Of a stretch of 64,000 bases of DNA, positions 9,950-20,000 are shown piece after piece; position 1 is the stretch's first letter; each line of letters starts with the position of its first letter. The notes below the pieces were generated by a model, which did no database searches, was not told where the DNA came from, and saw nothing but the letters and a program-made list of their open reading frames with translations. A program made the translations under genes and the position numbers. This DNA is from Patescibacteria group bacterium (GTDB taxonomy: Bacteria; Patescibacteriota; Dojkabacteria; J137): contig CAUJCN010000002.1 of NCBI GenBank assembly GCA_963169855.1, positions 452,885 to 516,884 of the forward strand. Reading direction: 5' to 3'.

Positions 9950-10648
9950 ATGGAGAACCCACCACCAATAATTGATACAACAAGATCTTTTGAAGCTGAG
10001 CAGCTTCCTAATGTACCGACATTAGAAGCATATACTGAGGATCAGAAGCAGAGTCTACTTATAATATATCTTGCAGATAGTGATCTTCCCGATGTGACTC
10101 CAAATCGAATATTAATGCTAATTCAATACCTCGATCAGTATACCGAGCTTCCACAGCAGACTCGATTTGCCAAGAAACTTGATATGATTAAACAGTACAT
10201 TTTAATGACCACCTCATTAATTTATCTTCACCCAATAGCCAACGAAGAGTATTCAATACCGTTACGTGATTTATCTGGAATCGGAGGAGTTCAAAGTAAT
10301 ACGGATAGACCTGTTGGCATTGATACTGTAATGGCTGAAGGGACTGTTGGTAGAATATATTGGACTAGTGCGGGTGAAAATTTACAAACGTTTGGTGAAT
10401 ATTTAAATGACATTACAAACAATACACTTGGGTTGATTTTTGAAGATACTACAACAGAAGGTGTTAGAGCATATATTCTAACAGCACCAAAACCAGGATC
10501 TGACGTAAAATTACCAGTATTTTCTGCAACAATGCAGAGAGTACTAGACTCAGATGGGAATGTTTATGAAGATATCGATGTATTTTCACTACCTAATAAA
10601 GTTATTATTGATTTTCCTTGGGAGGATCAAAGATCTAATAGTGCCTAA
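9950..10648 (+). CDS. Hypothetical protein (232 aa)
   Basis: Intact ORF. Its 3' end overlaps the convergent comM stop by 4 nt. No recognisable motifs. Confidence 0.4.
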   Translation: MENPPPIIDTTRSFEAEQLPNVPTLEAYTEDQKQSLLIIYLADSDLPDVTPNRILMLIQYLDQYTELPQQTRFAKKLDMIKQYILMTTSLIYLHPIANEEYSIPLRDLSGIGGVQSNTDRPVGIDTVMAEGTVGRIYWTSAGENLQTFGEYLNDITNNTLGLIFEDTTTEGVRAYILTAPKPGSDVKLPVFSATMQRVLDSDGNVYEDIDVFSLPNKVIIDFPWEDQRSNSA

Positions 10649-12174
10649 CCCAGTTCTACCCTGAATCCTAACGCCTCTGAAATATGCTTTGGAAGAACCT
10701 CTACACTCCTATCCATATCAGCGATTGTTCTTGCAACTTTCAAAACTCGATGATAACTCCTTGTACTTAAATTCATCTTTTCTATCGCAAGTGTTAGAAG
10801 CCTTCTACCTTCTTCATCTAAATTTATAAATTCTTCTACTTCCTTCGACCCCATATCAGAGTTTGTCAGCAGTTTACTATCCATAAGACGTTCAGATTGG
10901 ATTCCTCTGCATTCAATAACTCTACTTCTTATCTGTTTACTTGTCTCTGCTGTCGATTGTTTGAACAAAATTTCGTTCTCAACTTTATTAACTCTTACTA
11001 ACAAGTCGATTCTATCTAGAATCGGACCAGAAATTTTCTTCTGATATTTGATTACATCATTTTGTGAACAGGTACACTGTTTCGATGAATCCCCCTTATA
11101 TCCACATTTACAAGGATTCATTGCAGCGATAAGAATAAAATTAGCCGGAAAAGTAAAAGTACCATTTACTCGGGAGACAGTAATCACTTTGTCTTCGAGT
11201 GGTTGTCTTAAAGCTTCTAGTGATTGAGAAGAGAACTCTGTAAACTCATCTAGAAACAAAATTCCTCTGTGAGCGAGTGAGATTTCTCCAGGTTTTGGAA
11301 TGGATCCACCACCCACCAACGCAACTTGAGAGCTTGTATGATGAGGTGAACGAAAAGGTCTCTGTTTAATAAATGGGTTCTTATTGGAAGTAAGCCCTGC
11401 TATGCTGAAAATACTTGTAACTTCTATACTCTCTTCGTAAGTAAGCTCAGGAAGTATTCCGCTAAAAGCTCGGGAAAGCATTGTTTTTCCTGAGCCAGGT
11501 GGACCAAATAACAAGATATTATGCCCACCGCTTGCTGCAATCTCCATAGCCCTTTTCGCATAATCATGACCTTTTACAAATTGAAAGTCGTGATTATTTA
11601 CCACAGGAATGTTTTCAACAAGTTCAGAATTTTTGTACGGTTGAAGAATCGATGTTTTATTAAAGTGCTCAATTATTTGTTTCAGATTTTTGATTGCGTA
11701 AATATTTACATCGGGAACTACCGAGGCTTCCATTGCATTATCAGAGGGAAGATAAATTTCTTCGAAATTACTCTTTTTGGCCATGCTGACAATTGGCAAG
11801 ATTCCTTTAACAGGTTTTACTTCTCCATTTAGTGAAAGCTCACCTATAAACAATTTTTTGTCAGTATCAAACTCTATTTGATCCGAAGCAAGCAAGAAAG
11901 CAATCGCAATTGGGAAATCGTAGGATGGACCAGTTTTAGTAAGCTCAGCTGGAGCTAAATTCACGATGACTCTCATTGGAACAAACTCTGCTCCTGAATT
12001 TTTCAGTGCAGCTGGGATTCTATCTCTAGCTTCTTGAACAGATTTATCCCCCAGACCCACAATCGCCATGTAGGTGTTTCCCTTCCTGTAATCTACTTCG
12101 GCAGTCACTATTTTGCAATCAAATCCATGCAAAGCTGCTGTATATAATTTCGAAACCATATTCAAAATTATCAA
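10645..12174 (-). CDS. comM: Mg-chelatase-like AAA+ ATPase, YifB/ComM family
   Basis: Walker A GPPGSGKT, a length of about 500 aa and a C-terminal ChlI-like domain. The N-terminal region resembles the Lon-protease-like domain typical of ComM. The true start may be M6 (MVSKLY...). Confidence 0.8.
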   Translation of the reverse strand: MIILNMVSKLYTAALHGFDCKIVTAEVDYRKGNTYMAIVGLGDKSVQEARDRIPAALKNSGAEFVPMRVIVNLAPAELTKTGPSYDFPIAIAFLLASDQIEFDTDKKLFIGELSLNGEVKPVKGILPIVSMAKKSNFEEIYLPSDNAMEASVVPDVNIYAIKNLKQIIEHFNKTSILQPYKNSELVENIPVVNNHDFQFVKGHDYAKRAMEIAASGGHNILLFGPPGSGKTMLSRAFSGILPELTYEESIEVTSIFSIAGLTSNKNPFIKQRPFRSPHHTSSQVALVGGGSIPKPGEISLAHRGILFLDEFTEFSSQSLEALRQPLEDKVITVSRVNGTFTFPANFILIAAMNPCKCGYKGDSSKQCTCSQNDVIKYQKKISGPILDRIDLLVRVNKVENEILFKQSTAETSKQIRSRVIECRGIQSERLMDSKLLTNSDMGSKEVEEFINLDEEGRRLLTLAIEKMNLSTRSYHRVLKVARTIADMDRSVEVLPKHISEALGFRVELG

Positions 12175-12235
12175 CTATTAATGAAATTTGAGCATTGGGC
12201 TGCAATACAATTTTTGAGAGAAAGTACTCCTTGAG

Positions 12236-12946
12236 CTATTTACTTACACCTGAGCTAATAACTATCACCCATTCTCCTTTCAAGGTTTTGGTTTTGATTT
12301 GATGCGCTATTTCTTTAATATTCCCAGTTATTACATTCTCGAACTTTTTTGTTAAATCGTTGGAGAGTGAAACCATCGCGTCAGGATACTCATCGCTAAT
12401 TATTTCCACTGTTTTTGCAACTCGAAAAGGAGATTCGTAAATAACTGTAGTAATTCCTGCTTGCATGGAGTTTTCGATTTTTTTCAGAATCTTTCCTCGT
12501 TCTCTTGGGAGGAATCCAAGGAAAGTGAACTTATCGACTGGAAATCCAGAGTAAATGAGTGCTGGTTCAATCGCAGTTGGACCAGGAATAACTTCAATCT
12601 GAACTTCCTTCTCTCTTAGTTCTTTTAAAAGTAAATATCCTGGATCTGAAATAAGAGGCATTCCCGCATCTGTTACGAAAGCTATGTCATTTTGTTCAAG
12701 AACGGAGATAATTTGAGATATAATTCTATCGTGGTTTTGTTCTCTGTAAGAAACAACCTTCTGAGATTCACCAATGCTATCTGTAATGAAGTCTGGGAAT
12801 CTTTCTTTCAATAATGATCTAAGCTTAATATAGTTACGCGTATCCTCACAGACAACTACAGAAGCACGAACGAGCTCATTAAGAGCTCGTATCGAAATGT
12901 CTTCTAAATTCCCAATTGGTGTTCCTACAACCTTTAGTTTAAACAT
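12236..12946 (-). CDS. rsmI: 16S rRNA (cytidine1402-2'-O)-methyltransferase, tetrapyrrole-methylase fold
   Basis: The N-terminus LKVVGTPIGNLEDISIRALNEL...VVVCEDTRN is the RsmI signature. Length 236 aa. Confidence 0.8.
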   Translation of the reverse strand: MFKLKVVGTPIGNLEDISIRALNELVRASVVVCEDTRNYIKLRSLLKERFPDFITDSIGESQKVVSYREQNHDRIISQIISVLEQNDIAFVTDAGMPLISDPGYLLLKELREKEVQIEVIPGPTAIEPALIYSGFPVDKFTFLGFLPRERGKILKKIENSMQAGITTVIYESPFRVAKTVEIISDEYPDAMVSLSNDLTKKFENVITGNIKEIAHQIKTKTLKGEWVIVISSGVSK

Positions 12947-13113
12947 TAGTTCATTCTAAAATCTCTGAAATCAATTGGTTGAGTATTCTGGAGAGTTTCT
13001 GAGATTCTTAAACTAAACACAGATGTTAAAACGACTAAGCAAAGTATGGAAAGAATTTGACAAATAAAGATGCCTAAAATTGTAGCTAAAAGCATTTTTA
13101 AGAATTGTGGCAT
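12946..13113 (-). CDS. Small hydrophobic protein (55 aa, single predicted TM helix), paralog of the next gene, translationally coupled to rsmI through a TAATG overlap
   Basis: Hand translation: MPQFLKMLLATILGIFICQILSILCLVVLTSVFSLRISETLQNTQPIDFRDFRMN. It falls below the 60-aa cutoff of the ORF track. Its stop codon shares one nucleotide with the rsmI ATG. Confidence 0.45.
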   Translation of the reverse strand: MPQFLKMLLATILGIFICQILSILCLVVLTSVFSLRISETLQNTQPIDFRDFRMN

Positions 13114-13131
13114 AAGGTTACTAAATCTAAA

Positions 13132-13293
13132 TTATCTGTAAATAGAGTCTGTTGGATAGTTCACATTGCTTAACTGATTAAGAATCACTCCACCTGTCAC
13201 TGCAGAGAAAATAAATAGACAAGCTACTGATGCGATTACACAAATGAAATAACCTAACATCACAGCTAATACCATTTTGAAAAACTGTCCCAT
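13132..13293 (-). CDS. Small hydrophobic protein (53 aa, single predicted TM helix), tandem paralog of 12946-13113
   Basis: Hand translation: MGQFFKMVLAVMLGYFICVIASVACLFIFSAVTGGVILNQLSNVNYPTDSIYR. It shares the M-x-Q-F-[FL]-K-M-[VL]-L-A...G-x-F-I-C N-terminus with its neighbour. Confidence 0.45.
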   Translation of the reverse strand: MGQFFKMVLAVMLGYFICVIASVACLFIFSAVTGGVILNQLSNVNYPTDSIYR

Positions 13294-13341
13294 ATTTTAT
13301 ATTTTAACAAGTAATAAATAATTATATAAAGCTTGTTTATA

Positions 13342-13629
13342 TTAGTAAACTCCAATCTCATCTATACTTGGAAATATAGTTCTAAGCAAACCTATAAACT
13401 TATCTGCTAATTTGCCCGAATAGCTTCCATAACCTGATCCTTCTGAAGTTCTACATAATTCATCATTGTATTTGTTCACTACTTCCATAAACTTCTCCCC
13501 AACTTCGTTGAACTCTTTTCTATATTTATCGGGCTCTTCAGTAAATTTAGTATGAATGTCTGTAAATTGAGTCCAAAGTTCACCGTTTTCTTCTACAAGT
13601 TTTTTTAATGTTGTTTGATATTTGGTCAT
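13342..13629 (-). CDS. Hypothetical protein (95 aa), coupled to the upstream gene through a 1-nt overlap
   Basis: Intact ORF. Its start overlaps the stop of 13629-14480. Confidence 0.4.
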   Translation of the reverse strand: MTKYQTTLKKLVEENGELWTQFTDIHTKFTEEPDKYRKEFNEVGEKFMEVVNKYNDELCRTSEGSGYGSYSGKLADKFIGLLRTIFPSIDEIGVY

Positions 13630-14480
13630 TAGTAATTATGAGTAATAGTTCTATGATGCGGCTTTAAACCTTGCAAAGTTTTAGAAGCCTTCCATATTAT
13701 ACTATCTAAAACGATAGGATTAATACCATGAATATAGGCAAGCTCTTGAATCGCTACTATTGAGGCACCTCTTATTTCAATCTCCTGAGGGGAACCTTCT
13801 TCTAGGTATAGGCCTGCATCAATAATTTGCTGAAGTTCTTCGGAATATTCTAAGATCCCTATACTATTCAGAAATTGTGGAATTCGATAGTCTGCTAATC
13901 CTGTTAGCGACTTATATACATTGAATGCCGTAATTTTATCTCTAAAAGAATAAATTAAAGCTTGAATTCTTTTGTAAAAATATACTTTCCCGAAACCTGG
14001 AGAGACTCTCTCATCTCGATACTGCGGCATTTTTTTTGTCATATCTTCAATTAAACACTCAATATCGCTAAAAGAGTTTAAGTAATTTTCGATATTAAAT
14101 TGAATAGATTCTAGAAAAGTTATAGTTTCTTGGATAAAGTGAAAACGTTCTTCAGTTAAATACAATGGAGAAAAAACTTCTTTAAATTCTTGTAAGGATA
14201 GAGATTTAAAACCGTCAAATTTTATCTTATTGTACAAAGCTAAAAGTCTTTCTTTTACAACACCCGTGTTTAATGATTGTGAACTATCAAAATTCCAAAA
14301 GCAGAAGTTAATAGCAGAAAAAAGCAATCTAATATCATCGTCCAGCATTGCTTCCGGGGTAACCTCCTCCGAACCAAACTTCTCCCAGTACTCCGTAAAT
14401 GCGTGATAATTCCTCCTGTTGATGGCAACAGAATGAGATTTTTCAGTGATTTTGTATGCAGATTCTAATACCCGATCCAC
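13629..14480 (-). CDS. Hypothetical protein (283 aa), possibly a DUF2419 / Qng1-like queuosine-salvage hydrolase
   Basis: The length, the all-alpha character and an ADYRIPQ-type motif are reminiscent of DUF2419, but this assignment is from memory and is unverified. Confidence 0.3.
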   Translation of the reverse strand: MDRVLESAYKITEKSHSVAINRRNYHAFTEYWEKFGSEEVTPEAMLDDDIRLLFSAINFCFWNFDSSQSLNTGVVKERLLALYNKIKFDGFKSLSLQEFKEVFSPLYLTEERFHFIQETITFLESIQFNIENYLNSFSDIECLIEDMTKKMPQYRDERVSPGFGKVYFYKRIQALIYSFRDKITAFNVYKSLTGLADYRIPQFLNSIGILEYSEELQQIIDAGLYLEEGSPQEIEIRGASIVAIQELAYIHGINPIVLDSIIWKASKTLQGLKPHHRTITHNY

Positions 14481-14500
14481 TTTATTTGTAGTATAATTGG

Positions 14501-15145
14501 ATGAATTATAACATGTTACAAATGGAGTCAGAGCCTACTATTGCTCCAAAATTAGTTAAAGGAGACACAATTACTTTGCCAACTACGGGTGGTTTCCTAA
14601 AGGTTACGCATTACGACACAAGCTATCCAGATCAACCTCTGATGATGTTTGCATCTCTTATTGAGTCGCCAGAAGGTGTTGAAGAGATACCAATCTTGAG
14701 AATGCATTCAAAATGTTTATTTGGGGAATCTTTCGGATCTCAGAAATGCGAGTGTGGGCCACAATTAGAAGAAGGAATTGCTGAAGTTATTACAAATAAG
14801 GGAATCCTTGTCTATCTTGATCAAGAAGGCAGAGGACATAGTTTACACGACAAATTCAGAGAATATAAGCTACAGGAGCAGGGATTAGATACCTTCCAAG
14901 CTAGTGAAGCGCTTGGTTTAAAAGCAGATGCTAGAAGTTATGAAGTAGTTGCAGATATTCTAAAAGAAAGAGGAATAACAAAAGTACGATTGCTTTCAAA
15001 TAACCCAGATAAAGTCTCTCAGTTACGAAACTTTGGTATCGAAGTAGTTGAAAGCGTTGCTTCTGATGTAGAAGTTAATGAATACAACAAAAGATACTTG
15101 GATGCTAAAGCAGCAAGATACTCAAACGATACAAAGAACGTTTAA
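14501..15145 (+). CDS. ribA: GTP cyclohydrolase II
   Basis: RMHSKCLFGESFGSQKCECGPQLEEG matches the GCH II zinc-site signature HSEC..G..FGS..C.CG.QL. Length 214 aa. Confidence 0.75.
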   Translation: MNYNMLQMESEPTIAPKLVKGDTITLPTTGGFLKVTHYDTSYPDQPLMMFASLIESPEGVEEIPILRMHSKCLFGESFGSQKCECGPQLEEGIAEVITNKGILVYLDQEGRGHSLHDKFREYKLQEQGLDTFQASEALGLKADARSYEVVADILKERGITKVRLLSNNPDKVSQLRNFGIEVVESVASDVEVNEYNKRYLDAKAARYSNDTKNV

Positions 15146-15153
15146 TTATCTAT

Positions 15154-15933
15154 CTATTCTAAAATTCCCCAAATAAAGTTGAAGATTGCAATAGAGTTTG
15201 AGTAATAAGCAGGGTCTTCAATAACCACAGCTGATAATCCTCCGTCAAAATTTACTACTGCTACTTTGTTATCGTACATAAGAATATCAACCGCAGATAA
15301 TTCTAATGATTTAGTCGTAACCTTGTGTTGGTAGTTCTTAAATTTTGCAAATTCCGGCGTAAATTCCTGTGTTACCTCTGAACTATCAACAATTTCAAAA
15401 ATTTTCAAACTCTTGTTCTTTTTTAACGCATCCAAAAATAATGCTGTATTATCAGGTAATTCTTGAGTAACCTTTGCAAAATTTACATAGGATCTTAGCT
15501 CTTTCGTCTTTAAAGCTTCTGTATAAACCATTCTTACGCCAGCAGCTCCTCCATAGTACTTAACGTCAACTTTAGCGTTATCCTTCGCCTGAGGAACTAG
15601 TTCGTATATAGTACTAACTAATTCCGGCATTACTTTCTCAAGTTTCTGAACATCCCACTTTCTCTGCTCTAATAAGAATTTCAATTTCTCTGGATCTTCT
15701 GCAATAACCATTCTTCTCTCTCCGTAGTTAGTTTGACTCACCAATCCTTTCTTAATCAATTCTTCAACGTTATTATGAGTAGTAGATCGCTTAATAGCAG
15801 TTTTTCTAGATAAGTCCATAATTGTAGATGGACCTGCCTGTAACAAGTTTAAGTAAATGCTGATTTCTTTGTCGTTTAAACCGAAGTCAACCAAGTAACT
15901 TTTCAATGCTTTCTCTGATACTGTATTTGCCAT
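15154..15933 (-). CDS. TrmB-family transcriptional regulator
   Basis: The N-terminal winged HTH LNDKEISIYLNLLQAGPSTIMDLSRKTAIKRSTTHNNVEELIKKGLV is followed by a C-terminal effector domain. This architecture is typical of TrmB. Confidence 0.65.
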   Translation of the reverse strand: MANTVSEKALKSYLVDFGLNDKEISIYLNLLQAGPSTIMDLSRKTAIKRSTTHNNVEELIKKGLVSQTNYGERRMVIAEDPEKLKFLLEQRKWDVQKLEKVMPELVSTIYELVPQAKDNAKVDVKYYGGAAGVRMVYTEALKTKELRSYVNFAKVTQELPDNTALFLDALKKNKSLKIFEIVDSSEVTQEFTPEFAKFKNYQHKVTTKSLELSAVDILMYDNKVAVVNFDGGLSAVVIEDPAYYSNSIAIFNFIWGILE

Positions 15934-16038
15934 TTTTTAGAATTTAAAAACTTAAAATTATGCATTAGCTTAATAGTGTAGACTATTTCGTGTCTTATTT
16001 CACTAGTAAATCCTGACTATTATAACACACTTTTGTCC

Positions 16039-16068
16039 AAAAAAAATGACACTCCGAGGAGTGTCATT
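16039..16068 (-). terminator. Rho-independent terminator downstream of rpsG
   Basis: On the minus strand, the stem GACACTC/GAGTGTC with a 4-nt loop is followed by a run of 8 T residues. Confidence 0.5.
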
Positions 16069-16086
16069 TCGAAATCAATTAGTGAA

Positions 16087-16554
16087 TCAAGCGAACTGAG
16101 CAAATGCTTTGTTAGCTTCTGCCATCCTAAATACTTCTTCTTTCTTTTTGAATGCAGAACCTTCTTTATTAAATGCACTGAAAAGCTCTCTAGCTAATGA
16201 AACCGAGAATTCAGTATCTTTTCTTCCAGCTCTAGCTGCTTCCAAAATCCATCTGATTGCCAAAGAGTCTTGTCTATAAGCATTAACAGGAACAGGTACT
16301 TGTAAGTTTGCTCCTCCTACTCTTCTAGATCTAACTTCAACCTTAGGTTTAACGTTTTCGAAAGCTTTTTCTAATGCATCTACTGCATCTAATTTTGTCT
16401 TTTTAGCTAATTCTTCGAGGGCTACATATACTAGATTTCTAGCAGTTTCCTTCTTTCCGTGCATCATAACATTGTTGATTAGTCTTGAAACTAATACGCT
16501 GTTAAATTTTGCATCAGCTTTAATATCTCTTTTTGGCGCTTGTTTTCCTCTCAT
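16087..16554 (-). CDS. rpsG: 30S ribosomal protein S7
   Basis: 155 aa. The N-terminus MRGKQAPKRDI and the rest of the sequence are conserved throughout. Confidence 0.9.
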   Translation of the reverse strand: MRGKQAPKRDIKADAKFNSVLVSRLINNVMMHGKKETARNLVYVALEELAKKTKLDAVDALEKAFENVKPKVEVRSRRVGGANLQVPVPVNAYRQDSLAIRWILEAARAGRKDTEFSVSLARELFSAFNKEGSAFKKKEEVFRMAEANKAFAQFA

Positions 16555-16625
16555 TTTATTAATTCTTGGTATAAATTATTCTTCACAAACAGTTACCAAC
16601 TGCTTATTACTATATCTTAGAAATA

Positions 16626-17087
16626 CTACTTCTTTGCTGCCCCTGCCTTAGGTGCTTTTCTTCCGTACTTACTTCTAGCTTGTCTTCTAGCTTCTACTGG
16701 TGCCGCATCGAAAACTCCTCTTACGATCTGGTACTTTACACCTGGTAAGTCTGGTCTTCTTCTTGCTTTTACCAACACAACTGAGTGCTCCTGTAGATTA
16801 TGTGTTTCTCCAGGAATATATGCTGTTACGATCTGTTTGTTAGACAATCTAACTCTAGCAATTTTTCTTTGCGCTGAGTTTGGTTTCTTAGGTGTCATGA
16901 TCTTTACTGCAACGCAAACTCCTCTCTTAAAAGGGTTTTCCTTTTTAAAGTATTTGTTTTGAATAGCGTTGTAGTTAAAGTGCATTGACTTGTACTTTGA
17001 ATTGTCTTTGAAAAGTAGACCTTTGAATCTAACCATCTTTGTCTTTGGTTTTCTTCCTTTTCTAACTAATTGCGATACTCTAGCCAT
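16626..17087 (-). CDS. rpsL: 30S ribosomal protein S12, carrying a lineage-specific insertion of about 20 aa
   Basis: The conserved core KRGVC...[11 protein letters not shown]...NLQEHSVVL...[13 protein letters not shown] is present. An extra segment, [36 protein letters not shown], lies between the N-terminal basic region and the core. Confidence 0.9.
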   Translation of the reverse strand: MARVSQLVRKGRKPKTKMVRFKGLLFKDNSKYKSMHFNYNAIQNKYFKKENPFKRGVCVAVKIMTPKKPNSAQRKIARVRLSNKQIVTAYIPGETHNLQEHSVVLVKARRRPDLPGVKYQIVRGVFDAAPVEARRQARSKYGRKAPKAGAAKK

Positions 17088-17094
17088 ATTGTTA

Positions 17095-20000
17095 TTAATT
17101 TAAATTATTTTCTTCTAATTGAGCCTCTTCTTCTTTAAGTAGGCCTTGTCTTCTCAAAAGTTCCTTGCCTAATGGAACAGGTCGACCTATTATAACATTC
17201 TCTTTCAATCCTCTCAAGTGATCTACTTTACCTACAAGGGCTGCATCAGTTAGGACCTTAACTTGCTGTTCAAATGAAGCTGCTGATAAGAAACTCTCTG
17301 TTCTCAACGCTGCATTTGTAATTCCAGTAAATACTCTTCTAGCTTTGATTTCCCTCTTTCCTTCAGAAGCCAATACCTTGTTTTCTTTCTCAATGTCTAA
17401 ATGATCGATATAATCTCCAGGTAAGAATGTTTCTGAATCTCCCCCATCTTGAACCAATAGGTATCTACCCATTTGTCTTCCAATGATTTCTAAGTGTCTA
17501 TCATCAACTTCAAGACCCTGGATTCCATAAACATCTTGTACTCCCTGAATAATATATTTCTGTGAGAATTCAATTCCCTTTAATTCTGCTAATTCCTTAG
17601 GATCAATAGAACCGAATGTCAGCTGGTCTCCCTTTTCAACTTTTTGACCATCTTTAACCATAACGTTAATCATGGTTTCGGTTTCTTTCTCAGATTCAAG
17701 AGTTGTATTTCCTTCGATAACCACGAATCCTTCTACAATCTTAACTTTTCCTCCCATTTCAGCTTTTAGTTCTTTTCCATTCTTTACGAAGATAGTTTCA
17801 CCTTCAGCAATTGTAGATCCGTCTTTTACAGCAACTTCATATCCTGCTTTGATTTCAAATTTCTTTAAAGCTTTATCTTTTGATGTAACTCTAATAATTA
17901 TTGATTTCTTGTCATCGATAATTGAAACTGTTCCAGCGATTTCTGCTAACAATGCCTGCGCTCTTGGATTTCTAGCTTCTAATAACTCTTCAACTCTAGG
18001 TAAACCTTGAGTAACGTCTGCCTTAGCAGCTCTAGCGTCTGATTTAGACTTTAGAGTCAACTGAGTTGTAGGTTCTCCAAGCGACTGAGAAGCAATAGTT
18101 CCTACCGCTACTCCGATGTCTACCATCTTTCCTGTACCGTTGTCATATCCATAACACTTAATACAAATTCCATGAGTTGATTGACATTTCATTGGACTTC
18201 TTAAAACAATTCTTTCGATTGCTTCATTCTTGTCGATCAATCGAGAAGCTTCTAAAGTAATAACTTCATCAGCTTTTACTAATACTTCTCCTGTCTTTGT
18301 ATCAACAACATCTTCTAGTGCAACTCTACCTTTAACTCTGTTTCCGAATGACTGAAGTCTAGCTTCGCTTCTAGAAAGAACAACTCCTTCTGTAGCTCCG
18401 CAGTCTTCTTCAACTGTAATAACATCCTGAGCAACATCGTGAAGTCTTCGAGTTAAGTATCCTGAGTCCGCTGTTCTAAGAGCAACGTCCGCGAATCCTT
18501 TTCTAGATCCTCTTGCGTTTACAAAGTATTCAAAGTTAGACAATCCCCTTTCGAAGTTTCCTTTAATAGGAAGGTCTACGATGTTTCCTGATGGGTCTGT
18601 TACGTATCCAACAACTCCAGAAATCTTCTTTACCCAAGATTTTACTGAAACAGCTCCTGAGTTCTGTAGATCCATTAAGTTTTCAGATTCTTTACTTGCA
18701 ATTTCCCAAACAGCATCCTGAATTTCTTCAGATTTAGTTACCCATTTGTCTCTCTTGTTCCATTTGAATTCATTTAGAGTTGCATATCCTTCGTTATAAC
18801 TTTCTGCAAGATCAACTTCGATTTGATCGTATTCTCCTAATTTTTCAGCTAATACTTTGTCAGTTCCGAATTTGAACTCGTTCATTGAGATTGAGAATCC
18901 GTATTTTCCTCCGTATTTAAATCCTAAGTTCTTGATTTGATCTAATACAACGATAGCAACATCACTTCCGTACTTAACGAATAAGTCTGAAGATAAGTTT
19001 GAAATATCTTTGTTGTTCAAAGCTTTGTTAATGAAAGGATATCCTTCAGGTAAAATACTATTGAAAATAGCTCTTCCTGCTGATGTTTCGATAACTTCTC
19101 CATTTACTAATACTTTAGCTGGGTTGAAGAAATCAATCTTTCCTAAGTCATAAGCTGAAATCAAGTTCTTTAAGTCTGGATATAAAGGAGTTCTTCCTTC
19201 TCCACCTCTAGTTTGAGTTAAGAAGTAAACACCCATCGCCATGTCCTTAGACACGTTTACGATTGGAGATCCGTCTCTTAAGTTAAGCATGTTTGACTTA
19301 GCCAACATCTTTGTACTTGCTTCTTCTACAGCAGCTTCTGATAGCGGTAAGTGAACAGCCATCTGGTCTCCGTCGAAGTCTGCGTTAAACCCAGTACATG
19401 TCATTGGGTGAAGTCTAATTGCGTTTCCTTCGATTAAGATAGGGAAGAACGCAATAATACTTTGCTTATGTAAAGTTGGAGCTCTGTTCAAAAGAACAGG
19501 TCTATCCTTAGATACTTCTTCTAAAATGTCGAAAACAATGTCTTCTTTATCTTCAAAAATTACTTTTGCTCTCGAAGGGTTTGGTGCGAATCCTCTTGAG
19601 ATCAATTCTCTTACGATGAATGGTCTAAAGATTTCCAACGCGATACTCTTTGGTAAACCGCACTGGTGGAATTCTAGTTCAGGTCCAGGAACAATAACTG
19701 CGTTTCCAGAGTAGTCTACTCTCTTTCCAAGCAAGTTCTGTCTGAATCTTCCCTGCTTTCCTCTCAACATGTCTGATAAAGACTTGAAAGGTAAACCTCT
19801 TGAGTTTAATGAAGGAGCTCCAGGTTTGTGGTTGTTATCTAACAATGAGTCCACAGCTTCCTGCAACATTCTCTTTTCATTTCTTAGGATGATTTCAGGT
19901 GCACCTAATTGAATCAATCTCTTAAGTCTGTTGTTTCTGTTAATTACTCTTCTATATAAGTCGTTTAAGTCATAAGTTGCGAATCTTCCTCCAGGCAACT

